Below, piece by piece: positions 24,754-35,509 of a DNA stretch of 64,000 bases. The notes beneath the pieces are model-generated. The model was not told the DNA's origin. It was given only the letters and a program-made list of their open reading frames with translations, and did no database searches. Origin of the DNA: Phyllosticta citribraziliensis (taxonomy: Eukaryota); contig NW_027117339.1 of the NCBI RefSeq assembly GCF_038025025.1, positions 2,294,001 to 2,358,000 on the forward strand, written 5' to 3'. The position numbers and the translations under genes are program-made. Every line of letters starts with the position of its first letter. Positions within the stretch are counted from its first letter, which is position 1.

Positions 24754-24903
24754 CAGTGGGTGAGGAAAGAAATGGGACTCCCTAGGCCTAGGTGCAGCAG
24801 TGAATGAACGCTCCCTAAGCGCAGCAGCAGATGGATGCTCCCCGAGTGCACTCACATTGCCAGGAGGTTTGTCGCATTAGTTTCTCCAGACAGGCACCCA
24901 CTG
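24754..24903. mobile_element. MITE-like relic, copy B, ~150 bp
   Basis: TA-CAGTGGGTG...CACCCACTG. Shares internal blocks with copy A (CCCTAGG..., GTGAATGAAYGCTCCC, TGCACTCACA, TGTCGCATT). Confidence 0.65.
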
Positions 24904-25035
24904 CGCCTTCGTCATTGTGCCAGCACGGACCACAACCTGCCAGCCCCGGGACCCGCAGCTCTCCAGCTTGGTGCTCACCCACCACCTCCAGGCCATCGCA
25001 ACACTCACGTCCAATCATCTTTAAATCACCCCAAC

Positions 25036-26398
25036 ATGGCCGACACCGACTTCAACGAGGGTCTGCTCGAATGCAATGTCGACAGGCCCCAGAAGGAGAA
25101 TGACGGTACCAAGGATGCCTACATATCATATCGCGTCACTACCAGAGTAAGCCTGTCCATCGACCGCCCTATCCCGGCTGCCTCACCACGCTGCCTGGGA
25201 ACCCACTGCAAGCTAACTCGTCTACCTCGTCCCTCAGAGCGACTTTCAGTCCTTCCAACGCTCAGAATTCTCCGTCAGAAGACGCTTTACCGACTTTGTG
25301 TTCCTTTGGAAGACGCTCAGCAAAGAGTATCCGCAATGCGCCGTCCCGCCCTTGCCAGACAAGCACAAGATGGAGTACGTCCGCGGCGATCGCTTCGGGC
25401 CCGACTTTACCCAGCGAAGAGCAAGCTCGCTGCGGCGCTTCTTGAAGAGGATAACGCTGCACCCGGTGCTACGCCGCTCGGCAATACTGCTCCTCTTCCT
25501 CGAGAGCAGCGACTGGAACAGCACGATGCGCGCCCGGCCGACGCGCAGCCTTAGCGGCGCTGGGGCAGATCAGGCTTCGGGCGGCGTGTTCGACAGCTTC
25601 ACAGACACATTGATGGGCGCCTTTAGCAAGGTGCACAAGCCGGACAAGCGCTTCCTCGACGTGCGGGACCGCGCGGACAAGCTGGACGAGGACCTGGGGT
25701 TGGTCGAAAAAGTAGTGACCCGTGTTGCGCGGCGTCAAGGTGATATCACTGGCGACTATGCAGAGCTGGCTGCGCAATGCCAAAAGCTGGTCGCGTTGGA
25801 GCAGGGCGTCGAGCAGCCGCTCACCAGCTTCGCCACCAGCGTCGAAATGACGAGCCAAGGGTTGCGCACCCTGCACAATCACACCGAGCACGACTATCTG
25901 GGCTCTCTGCGCGACATGGACGCCTACATCGACGCGGTCAAGGCCCTACTCAAGACCCGCGAGCAAAAGCAACTCGATTTCGAATCCCTGACCGACTATC
26001 TCACCAAAGCCGCCGCGGACCGCGACACGCTGGCCAGCGCATCATCGACAGCCAGCCTGGGGGCTTCGGGCTTCCTGCGGGCCAAGATCGAGGACGTTCG
26101 CGGCGTCGACCACGAGCAAAGCCGGCGGGACCGGGTCCGTAAGTTGGAGCTGCAAATCGAGAAGCTCACGACCGAGGTGGAAAGCGCCAAGAAGACGACA
26201 GAGGCCTTTGACGAGCAGACGGTGAAGGAGGTGGCCGACTTTGAGCGCATCAAGGCGCTCGAATTCAAGGACACGCTAGGCGACTTGGCTGACGCGCACG
26301 TTGCCTTTTTCGCAAACACGGTCGAGACGTGGGAGGATTTCTTGAAGCAGATGGAGCAGGAAGATAGGGAGACGCAAGATTCTGCCTCGATTGCCTAG
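25036..26398 (+). CDS. SNX4: Sorting nexin-4 / Atg24 (PX-BAR), intron 25147-25237
   Basis: PQKENDGTKDAYISY, SVRRRFTDFVFLW, VPPLPDKHKMEYVRGDRF and BAR-domain REQKQLDFESLTDYL. An alternative upstream in-frame ATG lies at 24835. Confidence 0.95.
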
Positions 26399-27258
26399 CC
26401 TGTCTGCCTCTGCTTGGTGGTGATGGCTATCGGGCTGATGGGGGCGTTGCGACTTCCCCACCCACTACCCATTGTTTCGTTTCTCTCTTCACCCTTTGGC
26501 GTTTGGGATTTTTTTGCACGAACGGGATAAACATGTTCTGTTTTTCACTGGATGGGTGGGATCAGCAGCGGAAAGGGGCTGCATACGGTAGATGGGTAAG
26601 AAGGAAGGTTCTTGTGCCGTAGGAAGGTAGCAAAATCCCAATTCGAGTACCGCAGGCACTGCTCGGTATTTTGGTTTTCAGACTGACAAGATGGGTACTA
26701 TAAATCGTGGACCTCCTGTTTCTTGTCCTTCCTCCTCCCATCTTCTCCTTGCCAACAATCAAAGCAGGCGGAGCATTGACGACCTGTGCTCAAGTCCTGT
26801 ACTCGGCGCCTGTATGTCTGCCTGCCTGCGGGAGCGACTGTCGAACGGACGGATTCTTGTAATTATCTCCATCATCATGGACCAATCACGACGCTCGTGA
26901 ACCCTTGGGTGCACGCAGTGACAATGTCAGTGTCAATTTTGAATCATTGCATCATTTCAATCGTCAGGCAAGCTATCCACCTAGCTGAATATCCGCCATG
27001 TAACCAGCTGCTAAACATCTTAATATAAGTTCTGGTTTGAGAATTGCGTCTGTGTGTAGAGCCAGCCACACAAGACAGTAGACAGAGCAAGGAAACCGAA
27101 ATCGAAGATACCATCGTAGCGCCGTTTCCACACCAGCAACTCCACGGACCTCCAGGTAGAAGAGCAAATTGTAGCAAACTCCTTTTCTCTCTGCCCCAAA
27201 ACCTCACTTTCTCATCTCATTTTTGCCCACACCTCGTGCAAGTCAGGTCCATCCCCAC

Positions 27259-30200
27259 TCAACCTTGTAATTGCATCAACACGCCTTCGAGCAGACCGAT
27301 TTGCTTCTCGCTGCTGTTGGTCGCAGCCTCGAGATTCAGGGCATCCCTCCGCTGTTCGTACTTCTTCTTGTCCTTGCGAAACTTGCCATCGATGCGCTCC
27401 AGGACGCTCTTGAGCTCGCGCTTCGCCTCGGTGAGTGCACCGCGTTCGAGCTCGTACTCCTGCTGGTGCGCTTGCTCCATCTTCTCCACCAGCTCCATGC
27501 CGTCGTGCTCAAAGGCAGCGACCACGTCTTCGATTGCGGTCTCTGAGTCAATCAGGTGGCGGACGAGGCGCTCGGAAATGCGCGATAGCACGAACAAAAG
27601 GTTTTGCTGGTGAGGCTTGAGGCTGGCTTCCCAGTCCATCTCGGACGGATGTCGGTTCCTCTCACGCGGCTCGTCGTCTTCCTCCTCCTCGGTTTCGTCG
27701 TCATCCAGTGTCGACGCGACTGACGTATCAGAAGCATCATCGGAAGAGTCATCGTCGTTCACTAGGGTTTTGTCGGGATCATCTTCTGGACGCGCGTTGA
27801 TGAGAGCTTCAAGTCCAGGCGTCGAAGGTTCCTCTGTAGGTCTGGCGCCCTGCGTTTCGGTTTTCTCTCTCATCATAGCCATAAACGCGCTTTCTCCCTT
27901 TGACGTTTTCGGAGAGGAGAATGGGTCAGCCTCAGGACGGGCGGGCGTGTTCAGCAGCATGGACTGCTCCAGCATGTGTTCAGGGGCGTGGCTTGTGATG
28001 GCCTTCGAGCTGGCCGAAGGGGGATCAGGAACCTTTTTCCTGTTGCTCGATAATACTCCATAAGAAGAAGCCGGGCTGGGCGCCGTTTGCGTGCGAGTTG
28101 AAACAGGGGAGTCGTCGACATTCGCTTGCGGCCTCTGCACGTTGTCGCCGAAGGTAATGAATCCAGGCTGTCCGTTGTCACGACGCTCCGGACTTCCCAC
28201 ATTGCTGATTCGTCTCGCCGGCCGCCTCTGCACTGGAGAAACTCCACGTGAGATTTGAGCGGGAGAAGCTGATGTCGTGGCTTTCATGGAGTTTATCAGC
28301 TTCTTGGTGGCAATGCTGTGTGAGCTCGACAGTGGATTCTCAATTTTGGTTCGCTTCCGAGGGATTTGACGGACTTCAGGTTGCTTCGTAGCCTCAGCAG
28401 GAAGCCCGCCTGAAGAGTAAGAGACATCTGGCTCCAAGCTTCTCTTCTTTGAATGCTCGCCGACTTCCTGAGCCGGCTTATCGGGGCTTCGCTTACGAGG
28501 GCTTTGGCGGACTTCAGGTTGCTTGGTAGCCTCGGCAGGAAGCCCACCAGTAGAATGAGAAACACCTGGCGCCAAGCTTCTCTTCTTTTTCAGAGGCTTG
28601 CCAGTTTCCTGAAATGGCTGCTCAGGGCTTCGCTTCCCAAGATTGGTAGCCAAAGATGTTGAGCCAGGGTGCGATACGGTCGCCTCCACCGGAGACGAAG
28701 GATTCTGGTGATCCTGTCTTGGTTTGGGCCCAGTATTGCTTGCAAGAGATGGTTCTATCTCGGCTTGAAGACCATCACGGATGACATCAGGAGACAGGCT
28801 TTTCTCCTTCTCCAAAGGCTTGATGGGCTCCTGGAGAGGCTTCTCAAGGCTTCGTTTTGCTTGATTGGTGGGTAAAGGTGTTGGACCAGGATGCATCATG
28901 GTAGCCCCGGCCGGAGATGGAGATCTCTGGTGAATATTTGGAGTGGACGGTCCAATCTCGGCAGCGGAAAGAGGATTCTCGTGAACTTGTCTCGAAGAAG
29001 ACGCAATACTGCTTGGAGTAGACGGTTCGAAGTCATTTGCAAAGAAATCTTCACCGTCGTTCTCCGAAGGGGATTTCTGTCTCGAGACCTTCTCCACTGC
29101 AGTCTTGACCAGCGAATTCTCGGATACCTGGGACCTTTTATCGTTCTTGTCTTCGTGATGTTGATGGTGTTCATCCGGTCCTTGGGCTAGTTCTTCAAAC
29201 GGGGCAACTTGAAATGATGTTGATGACCTAGATCCATACGTAGTCCGAGCTGTCCGCGTTGCCCACATCGTGTTGTTCAACAAACGACTCCTGGTCGAAG
29301 ATGCAGTCGTCACCTTAGCAGTCGTTGGGTGAAGAGAGTCTTCGTGGTCTTTGGAAGGTTTCTTGATTCCAGTCGGTGTCCTGCCCTGATTCAAAGCACC
29401 AGTTTTGTCGAAACCGACGATGATCGGCTTTCGATGGCGGTCTTCATCAATTGGGGAAGGTTTCTCCGCGCCGCTGTCGCCATTCGTTTCAATCTCCTTC
29501 TCGGTATTTGAGACATCAACAACTTCAAGGACCCTCTTGGCGACCGCGGTTCCGGTTGGCTCTGGCTGGGTTTTCTGGTTAAGGGCGGGCTGCTTTCTAG
29601 CGAACACAGATCTGCTTGGATCCGGCTGGCTGGCACTGCTGACTACCGGCGGGGTAGATATGGGCCTGCTTGGATCTGGCTGGGAGGTACTTTCAGGGTT
29701 CGCTTTCTTGATAGCCTCACTGCGAGTTTCATCGGTATGGTGTGTTTGTGTGTTCAACGATTCTTCCTGATTCAAAGCCGGTGAAACACGGGTTGCGACT
29801 GCACGCTGCTCTGGTCTCGGACTTTGCTCTGCTATAAGTTCAAGAAGAGCGGGATCGATGACATCCGTTGTGGGTGGTTCAACTGGTGCAGACGTCGGCG
29901 GGAGATGCTCCCGGCTGGGGTCATAAACGACAGCCATTTGTTCTCGCTGGATGTGGTCGGGTTCCTTGGCTTGTTTCGAATTCTCCGGACCAGTGCCTGA
30001 TTGAAGTCCGACAGTCATCGTCTTGTTTGCTTTGGATTCGAGAATCTCAATATCTTCACCCTCGCCCATTGTGGTCACAGCACCTTCAAAATCGTCGTAG
30101 GACTCATTCTGCTGCATCTCCACGCCAAGCTCCCCACGAACCTTGTTGTTGGGGGCAAGCTGAATGGCATCAGATGAACGGTCGGATGATCGGTGTTTCG

Positions 30201-32003
30201 GAGAGCTGGAATGTTGCTCATGAGTATCGAGTTGTGGTATTGTACTCAAGTTGTCGGAGGCATCAGCATGGCTCCTTGTGATTGGCGCGTCTTGTACAGG
30301 GGCCGGTTTTCCTGGCTGAGTATCAATCGGTCCAGGCATTTCACTTTCGCCGTCCGTGTGATCTTCCTCCGGCGATCGCTCCATCGCCTCAGGTGACCCT
30401 CCTGTCCGCGCTGCCGCGAGCCTCTTCGATCGTCTTCCCCCATGGCCTTGAGAATCCTCACCTCGGGTGGGCCCGGCTTGGTAGTCCTCATCGTTGCTAT
30501 CCTCGGGGCTATCGTCCCTATTCGCCTGCCCTCGTTTCTGGCTCGCGTGTCTTGTCGACGCCTTGGGCCTTTTGGTGGATTGGCTGGTTGTCTTGCCTTT
30601 CCCTTGCGGCTCCTTCCTGGGCCTTCCACGTTTTGTTGGGGCTTCAGCAGCAGCATCTCCCGGGCCGACGTCATCGTCATCGTCTTGGGGGAGGTCATAG
30701 ATCTTGGCGCTGGCTAGATTCGAGGCGTTGTTCCTGTAGCGCGGATCGGGTCTTTTTCCCAGGCTTTTCGCGCTTTTCTCTTGTCTCTTTTCAGGCATCG
30801 GTGACCCATGATGAATCGCTTCTGTCTTCTTCGCGTTTGCTACTCTGCCACTTGGCCTTTGGATGTCCTTTGTTTGGCTTGTCTCAAGAAGGGTTTCAGG
30901 GATGACTGTCACTTCGTCCGGATCCGCTCCTTCGTCCAAGTCGAGCGAATGGTAGTCCCTCTGCCTAGTGGGATCTGAGTCGGGAACCAATACAGTCGCG
31001 CTCGTTCCTTCTGCGCTCTTTCCTTCTGACCGTTTTTTGTCCCGCATCTTGGCCAGCTTGTCCATTGCCCCAGCCATCGTTGCCGTAAGTTGTTTGGGAG
31101 GGCTTGAGAGAACGCTGACGTTGAGGGCCTCAGTTGTGGAAATTCGACGTGGAGTATGGATTCTTCCTGCGATACCCACTTCTTCAATTTCTCGCAGGGC
31201 TGCCGTTGTGAGGTCTGCTTGCCCGGGGCTGAGCGTCGTTCCTTTGGTTGTGACGATTCTGACATCACATTAGCAATGTTGTTTTAAGCAGCTTGGTATC
31301 CAGAGAGGCGTTCGAATAACCCCAGGTGTCGCTCGCGGTATGTAGGGGAGCGTGAAAGAATGCTACACGTACCTCACTGCTCGAAGGCCGTCGTCAGCGC
31401 GAACAAAGTTGTAGAATTGATGTGTCCACTGTTCGCCGTCATCGATTGGGAAGGGAGCATGGACCTCGTGCGCAGGCCAGAAGATGCGATGGTCTACTCC
31501 ATGAAAGACGCAGCGCTTGATGATCAAGCCGCAGATCAACCTGAGATCCTCGTGCACGCCCTCTTCGAGGATGAGGTTGCCCAATCCGTAGACCAGGTTG
31601 AAGCGCCAATCTCCCCGAGGAACTTTGGAGAAAGTTCCGGCGCTTTCTGCTGACTTGCGACAAAGTCGAGCGATGATGATGCCAGCCTGGGAGCGGTCAG
31701 CATACGCCGGGGATTGAACAGCCACAGGCAGAGGTAGCCATACCCAGTGACGAGAGGGTACTGAGTTGGTAGAAGTCAGGAAATGGCGCAGCAGTCTGAT
31801 GATATAATCAGTTGCAATTGCTGTGTGGGACTCGCTGTCCTCTACAGCATAAAGCCCATTCTGGACCATGTCAGCCACTGAGACAGAAGGAGATGCAGGG
31901 CTCGTACCAAAGCCTTGGAGAGATGGGGCTGCGAGTCGCTGGAGGACAAAGCCTTGGTCAGATGGTCACGGATTGTGCTCAGACGTTGTGAGGTTTCATC
32001 CAT
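27259..32003 (-). CDS. ~1508-aa hypothetical protein: N-terminal helical domain, AT-hook-like KRGRPRK, long disordered middle, C-terminal coiled coil (introns 31861-31907, 31687-31743, 31259-31372)
   Basis: The 1306-codon ORF is extended in frame through three consensus introns to an ATG at 32003 (MDETSQRLSTIRDHLTKAL...). C-terminal heptads follow WEASLKPHQQNLLFVLSRISERLVRHLIDSE. Confidence 0.82.
28350..28900 (-). repeat. Intragenic imperfect coding repeats
   Basis: GGLPAEATKQPEVRQ occurs twice, and HPGPTPLPTNQAKRSLEKPLQE aligns with HPGSTSLATNLGKRSPEQPFQE. The similarity is visible at DNA level. Confidence 0.8.
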
Positions 32004-33064
32004 GCTAGACACTGAACGGATTCAGGTGAAGAATGGACGAGGAAAGAGCGACGCGGGCCAGGGTGGAAGTCGCGTCTAAACACGCGTCAACCGAGGCATT
32101 TGAAGTGGACGGAAAGTATTCCAGCGCGTTCCACGCGTGAGATGCAAGCAGACACGAAATCAAGTTGATGGTGAGGATGGGACGAGCACTTGATGGGGTC
32201 GGGTCAATGAAACAACGGAACCAACGCGGAAGCGCGATGTCACGGGATGCGCGCATTCTGGGCACCCACCACCCACATTCAAGGTGTCGGACGCTCCCGT
32301 CCCCTCAACACATTCGGAAACTGTTGATGGCCGTGTCATGTCCATCAATTCTCGCCTGTATTTGATGGCAGAGGCATTGGAATATTTGAGAGCAGTCGCT
32401 CAATTCTTTGTGACCCGAAGACAGACTCTGCGACGACGGCGCGGGTCGAGAGAATCGACAGCTGCCCATCCAGCAGCATCCATGGTCATGAACGACTGCT
32501 CTCTAGATGCAGCCGAGGTGACGGGTATATTCCCTCTACTGTAGATGCTCTTGTAGTCATCTTTAGGCTCAGCGCCAGGCGTTCTGCACCACCTGCTCGA
32601 CCTCGACACGAGATCCAACAGCAACAGCGCTACGTCCGTACCTGCCTTTGAAACTTCATCCAGACTCTGCTCAGAGTCAGCCAGCCAGCTTTCCTGAAAC
32701 AGCAGTCTTTGCGGGGAAGATGCAGGCGTGTTGTCTGCCCTGCAGGATGGTTTGTCAGACGACAGGGAACAAAGGAGCGGCAAGAGGCGATGCCGAAGCA
32801 CAAGGTGCCCAGTTGTGGAGAGAAGTGGAAAGTCGGGTGGGATTTCTCAGCTTCTCGGGAGTCTGGGACAATGCCATTCCGAGTTCCGTGCCCAATGATT
32901 GCGGCCGCCAACGGTTTGCCCAACCTGTCATCGCCCTATCATAGCTCCGCACAGGTATCTAAACGCCGAGACACAGAAATGCCAGCTCCACATCCTTTGT
33001 TGCGTGCCACTCCTTTAAAGCTGAGTCGTGCACCAATGCCGTCATCTCAACCGTTCCCTCCAGC

Positions 33065-34135
33065 ATGCCATCCCCCGACGTTCCTGTGAATCGCTTTCAA
33101 GCGTCCAGGGGCCGCCTTTGGAAAACATGCGAGTCCATCCTTTGGGGGCAGCGTCAGGACCACACGGCCCCCGATCCTCTTCCAAAGCCCAGCCAAGCTC
33201 GCCGTAAAGCCTCCCTGGCAGAAAGACCATTGGACCTCAACGACGACACAATATCAAACTTGCTCGACACACATGAACCGGGCAGGACGGTGCTGTATCT
33301 CGCCTACGGCTCCAATCTGTGCCACCGAACCTTTGAAGGCACCCGCGGCGTCAAACCCTTGGCCAAGGTCAACGTCGTCGTCCCAGAGCTCCGGTTGACC
33401 TTTGATCTACCCGGCATTCCATACATAGAACCATGTTTCGCCAATTCCGGACGGAGGAATCCAGGTGCAGGCCTGGCTGACGCAACCGAGAGGACACCGC
33501 TGGTGCGAGGGACTGCATATCACAAAGATCGCTGGGAAAAGGGTCTCGTCGGCGTCGTGTATGAAGTCACTGCGGCCGATTACGCAAACATCATCGCCAC
33601 TGAAGGGGGCGGGGCAGCATATCAGGATGTTTTGGTCGATTGCTATGCTCTCACGGATCCTGACGCAGTCCCAGAGGAGCCCGAGTCGAAGCCGTTCAGA
33701 GCACATACGCTTTTTTCGCCGCCGCAAGACTCCAAGAGGGGTGGAGGCTTTCAACGACCGGACACGTCTTACGCGCAGCCCTCTGCTCGCTACTTGAAGT
33801 TGATAAGAGACGGGTCAGAGGAGCACGGCCTCCCCCGGGACTATCGAGAGTATTTGCTCAACATCCGGCCGTATACGATCACCAGTTTACGGCAAAAAGT
33901 TGGAAGAGTCGCCATGGTGTTGACTTGGGTACCGGTGCTTAGACTGCTGCTCTCACTGCAGGAGATCCTGAAAGACGACAAGGGAAAAAGTCCAAAGTGG
34001 CTGGCTTCTTCCGTCAGCTTTGTGTTCAAATCGATATGGGTAACCTACGATGCCTTTTTCAAAAAGCTGTTTGGAGATGGAGAGCGAACAATTGACCAAG
34101 ACGATGAGACGGAAAAGGCTTCCTGGGCAGAATGA
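33065..34135 (+). CDS. Gamma-glutamyl cyclotransferase, GliK-like
   Basis: VLYLAYGSNL GGCT motif, LTFDLPGIPYIEPCFAN, GLVGVVYEV, IIATEGGG and AQPSARYLKLI are typical of fungal GliK-like proteins. Confidence 0.88.
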   Translation: MPSPDVPVNRFQASRGRLWKTCESILWGQRQDHTAPDPLPKPSQARRKASLAERPLDLNDDTISNLLDTHEPGRTVLYLAYGSNLCHRTFEGTRGVKPLAKVNVVVPELRLTFDLPGIPYIEPCFANSGRRNPGAGLADATERTPLVRGTAYHKDRWEKGLVGVVYEVTAADYANIIATEGGGAAYQDVLVDCYALTDPDAVPEEPESKPFRAHTLFSPPQDSKRGGGFQRPDTSYAQPSARYLKLIRDGSEEHGLPRDYREYLLNIRPYTITSLRQKVGRVAMVLTWVPVLRLLLSLQEILKDDKGKSPKWLASSVSFVFKSIWVTYDAFFKKLFGDGERTIDQDDETEKASWAE

Positions 34136-34377
34136 TGAATTTTCAAGAATACAACGACTTTGAGGACGTTGCCTGCTAAGCTTTAGATAGGAATATGAAT
34201 ATCCCGGTCCGGGCAGCCATATGAGCTTATGTAACTGCGGCTCCGCGAGAGGCTATCTCAATTGAGCTGGAGCCCCGCTTCGTCATCCGTCCCTTGTTGA
34301 CCAATTCCGCGGAGAAGAATCCCATATAACGTCATCATGGCCGACTCCGACGATTCTACTCCTCACAGACTACAACA

Positions 34378-35509
34378 ATGGCTTTTGCCGCGCGATTGAA
34401 AGCAGCTTATCCATGGATACTGACTCCGCTTGTGGTTGGCGCTCCCATGCGCCTCATCGCGACTGTTCCCTTGACGATTGAGATATCGCGCGCAGGTACC
34501 CATCGACTATCCCAGATGACTGTGCTCCTGCTAAAGCTCCGACACAGGTGGGTTTGGCTTCCTGGGAGCCGGTAGCGACACTTCAACCCTCGACTCAGAC
34601 CTCGAAAACATCCACGCCCATTTCACCGAGAGACCTCTACCAAACGCGCCCTCCCCCTCAACACGCATTCTTCCGGTTGGCGTCGGCTTCCTCAATTGGG
34701 GCGCCAACCTTGAGGCTGCCGTGGCGGCTATCGCAAGATATCCTCCCGCCGCAGTTTGGTTCTTCGCGCCCCGCAGCACCAATGATCTAGTCACCTGGAC
34801 CACAAAGGTTCGCGAGGCAACAGGCGGAAGAACGAAAGTTTGGGTACAAGTTGGGACTGTGGCAAACGCAGTCGAGGTGACTCGGGCATGCCAACCACAT
34901 GTCTTGGTCGTCCAAGGCTCCGACGCTGGCGGACACGGCCTTGCACAAGGTGCAAGCATCATCACTCTTCTCCCAGAGGTTGCGGACGTCATCGACTCTC
35001 TTGACATGCCCGGCCATGAGAAGCCCATGCTCGTGGCAGCAGGTGGTATTGCAGATGGGCGAGGCGCAGCGGCTGCTTTGGCGCTGGGTGCCGAGGGTGT
35101 CGTGATGGGAACGCGGTTCCTTGCCGCTCACGAGGCCGACATTGCGAATGGCTACCGGAATGAAGTCCTGCGAGCGTGGGATGGCGGCAAGACGACCATG
35201 CGGACAAGCGTCTATGATCAGCTACGAGGAACCACAGACTGGCCGCCGGGCTACAATGCTCGTGGTGTGCTGAATCGCAGCTGGGTCGATGCTGAGAATG
35301 GCATGGGCTGGGAAGAGAACAAGAAGCTATACCAAGAGGCTGTGAGATTGGGAGACTTGGGTTGGGGTCCTGAAGGAAGGATAACGACCTATGCAGGGAC
35401 GGGAGTTGGGTTGGTCAAAGAAGTCAAGAAGGCGGGAGACATTGTAGCCGAGGTAAGGAGCGCGGCGAAAGAAGTAGCCCAGAGAGTATCAACAATGTCT
35501 TTTGAATGA
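34378..35509 (+). CDS. Nitronate monooxygenase (2-nitropropane dioxygenase family, FMN TIM barrel), intron 34496-34547
   Basis: PLVVGAPM, SRAGGFGFLG, VVQGSDAGGHG, VAAGGIADGRG and GVVMGTRF. Confidence 0.93.

Noticed and set aside
24520..24850. Recurrent GTGAATG..GCTCCC motifs suggesting a spaced repeat array
   Set aside because: Explained by the two MITE-like copies. The context is eukaryotic, with no CRISPR-like regular spacers or cas genes.
33065..34135. Gliotoxin/ETP biosynthetic cluster
   Set aside because: No backbone NRPS or other gli homologues occur in the window.
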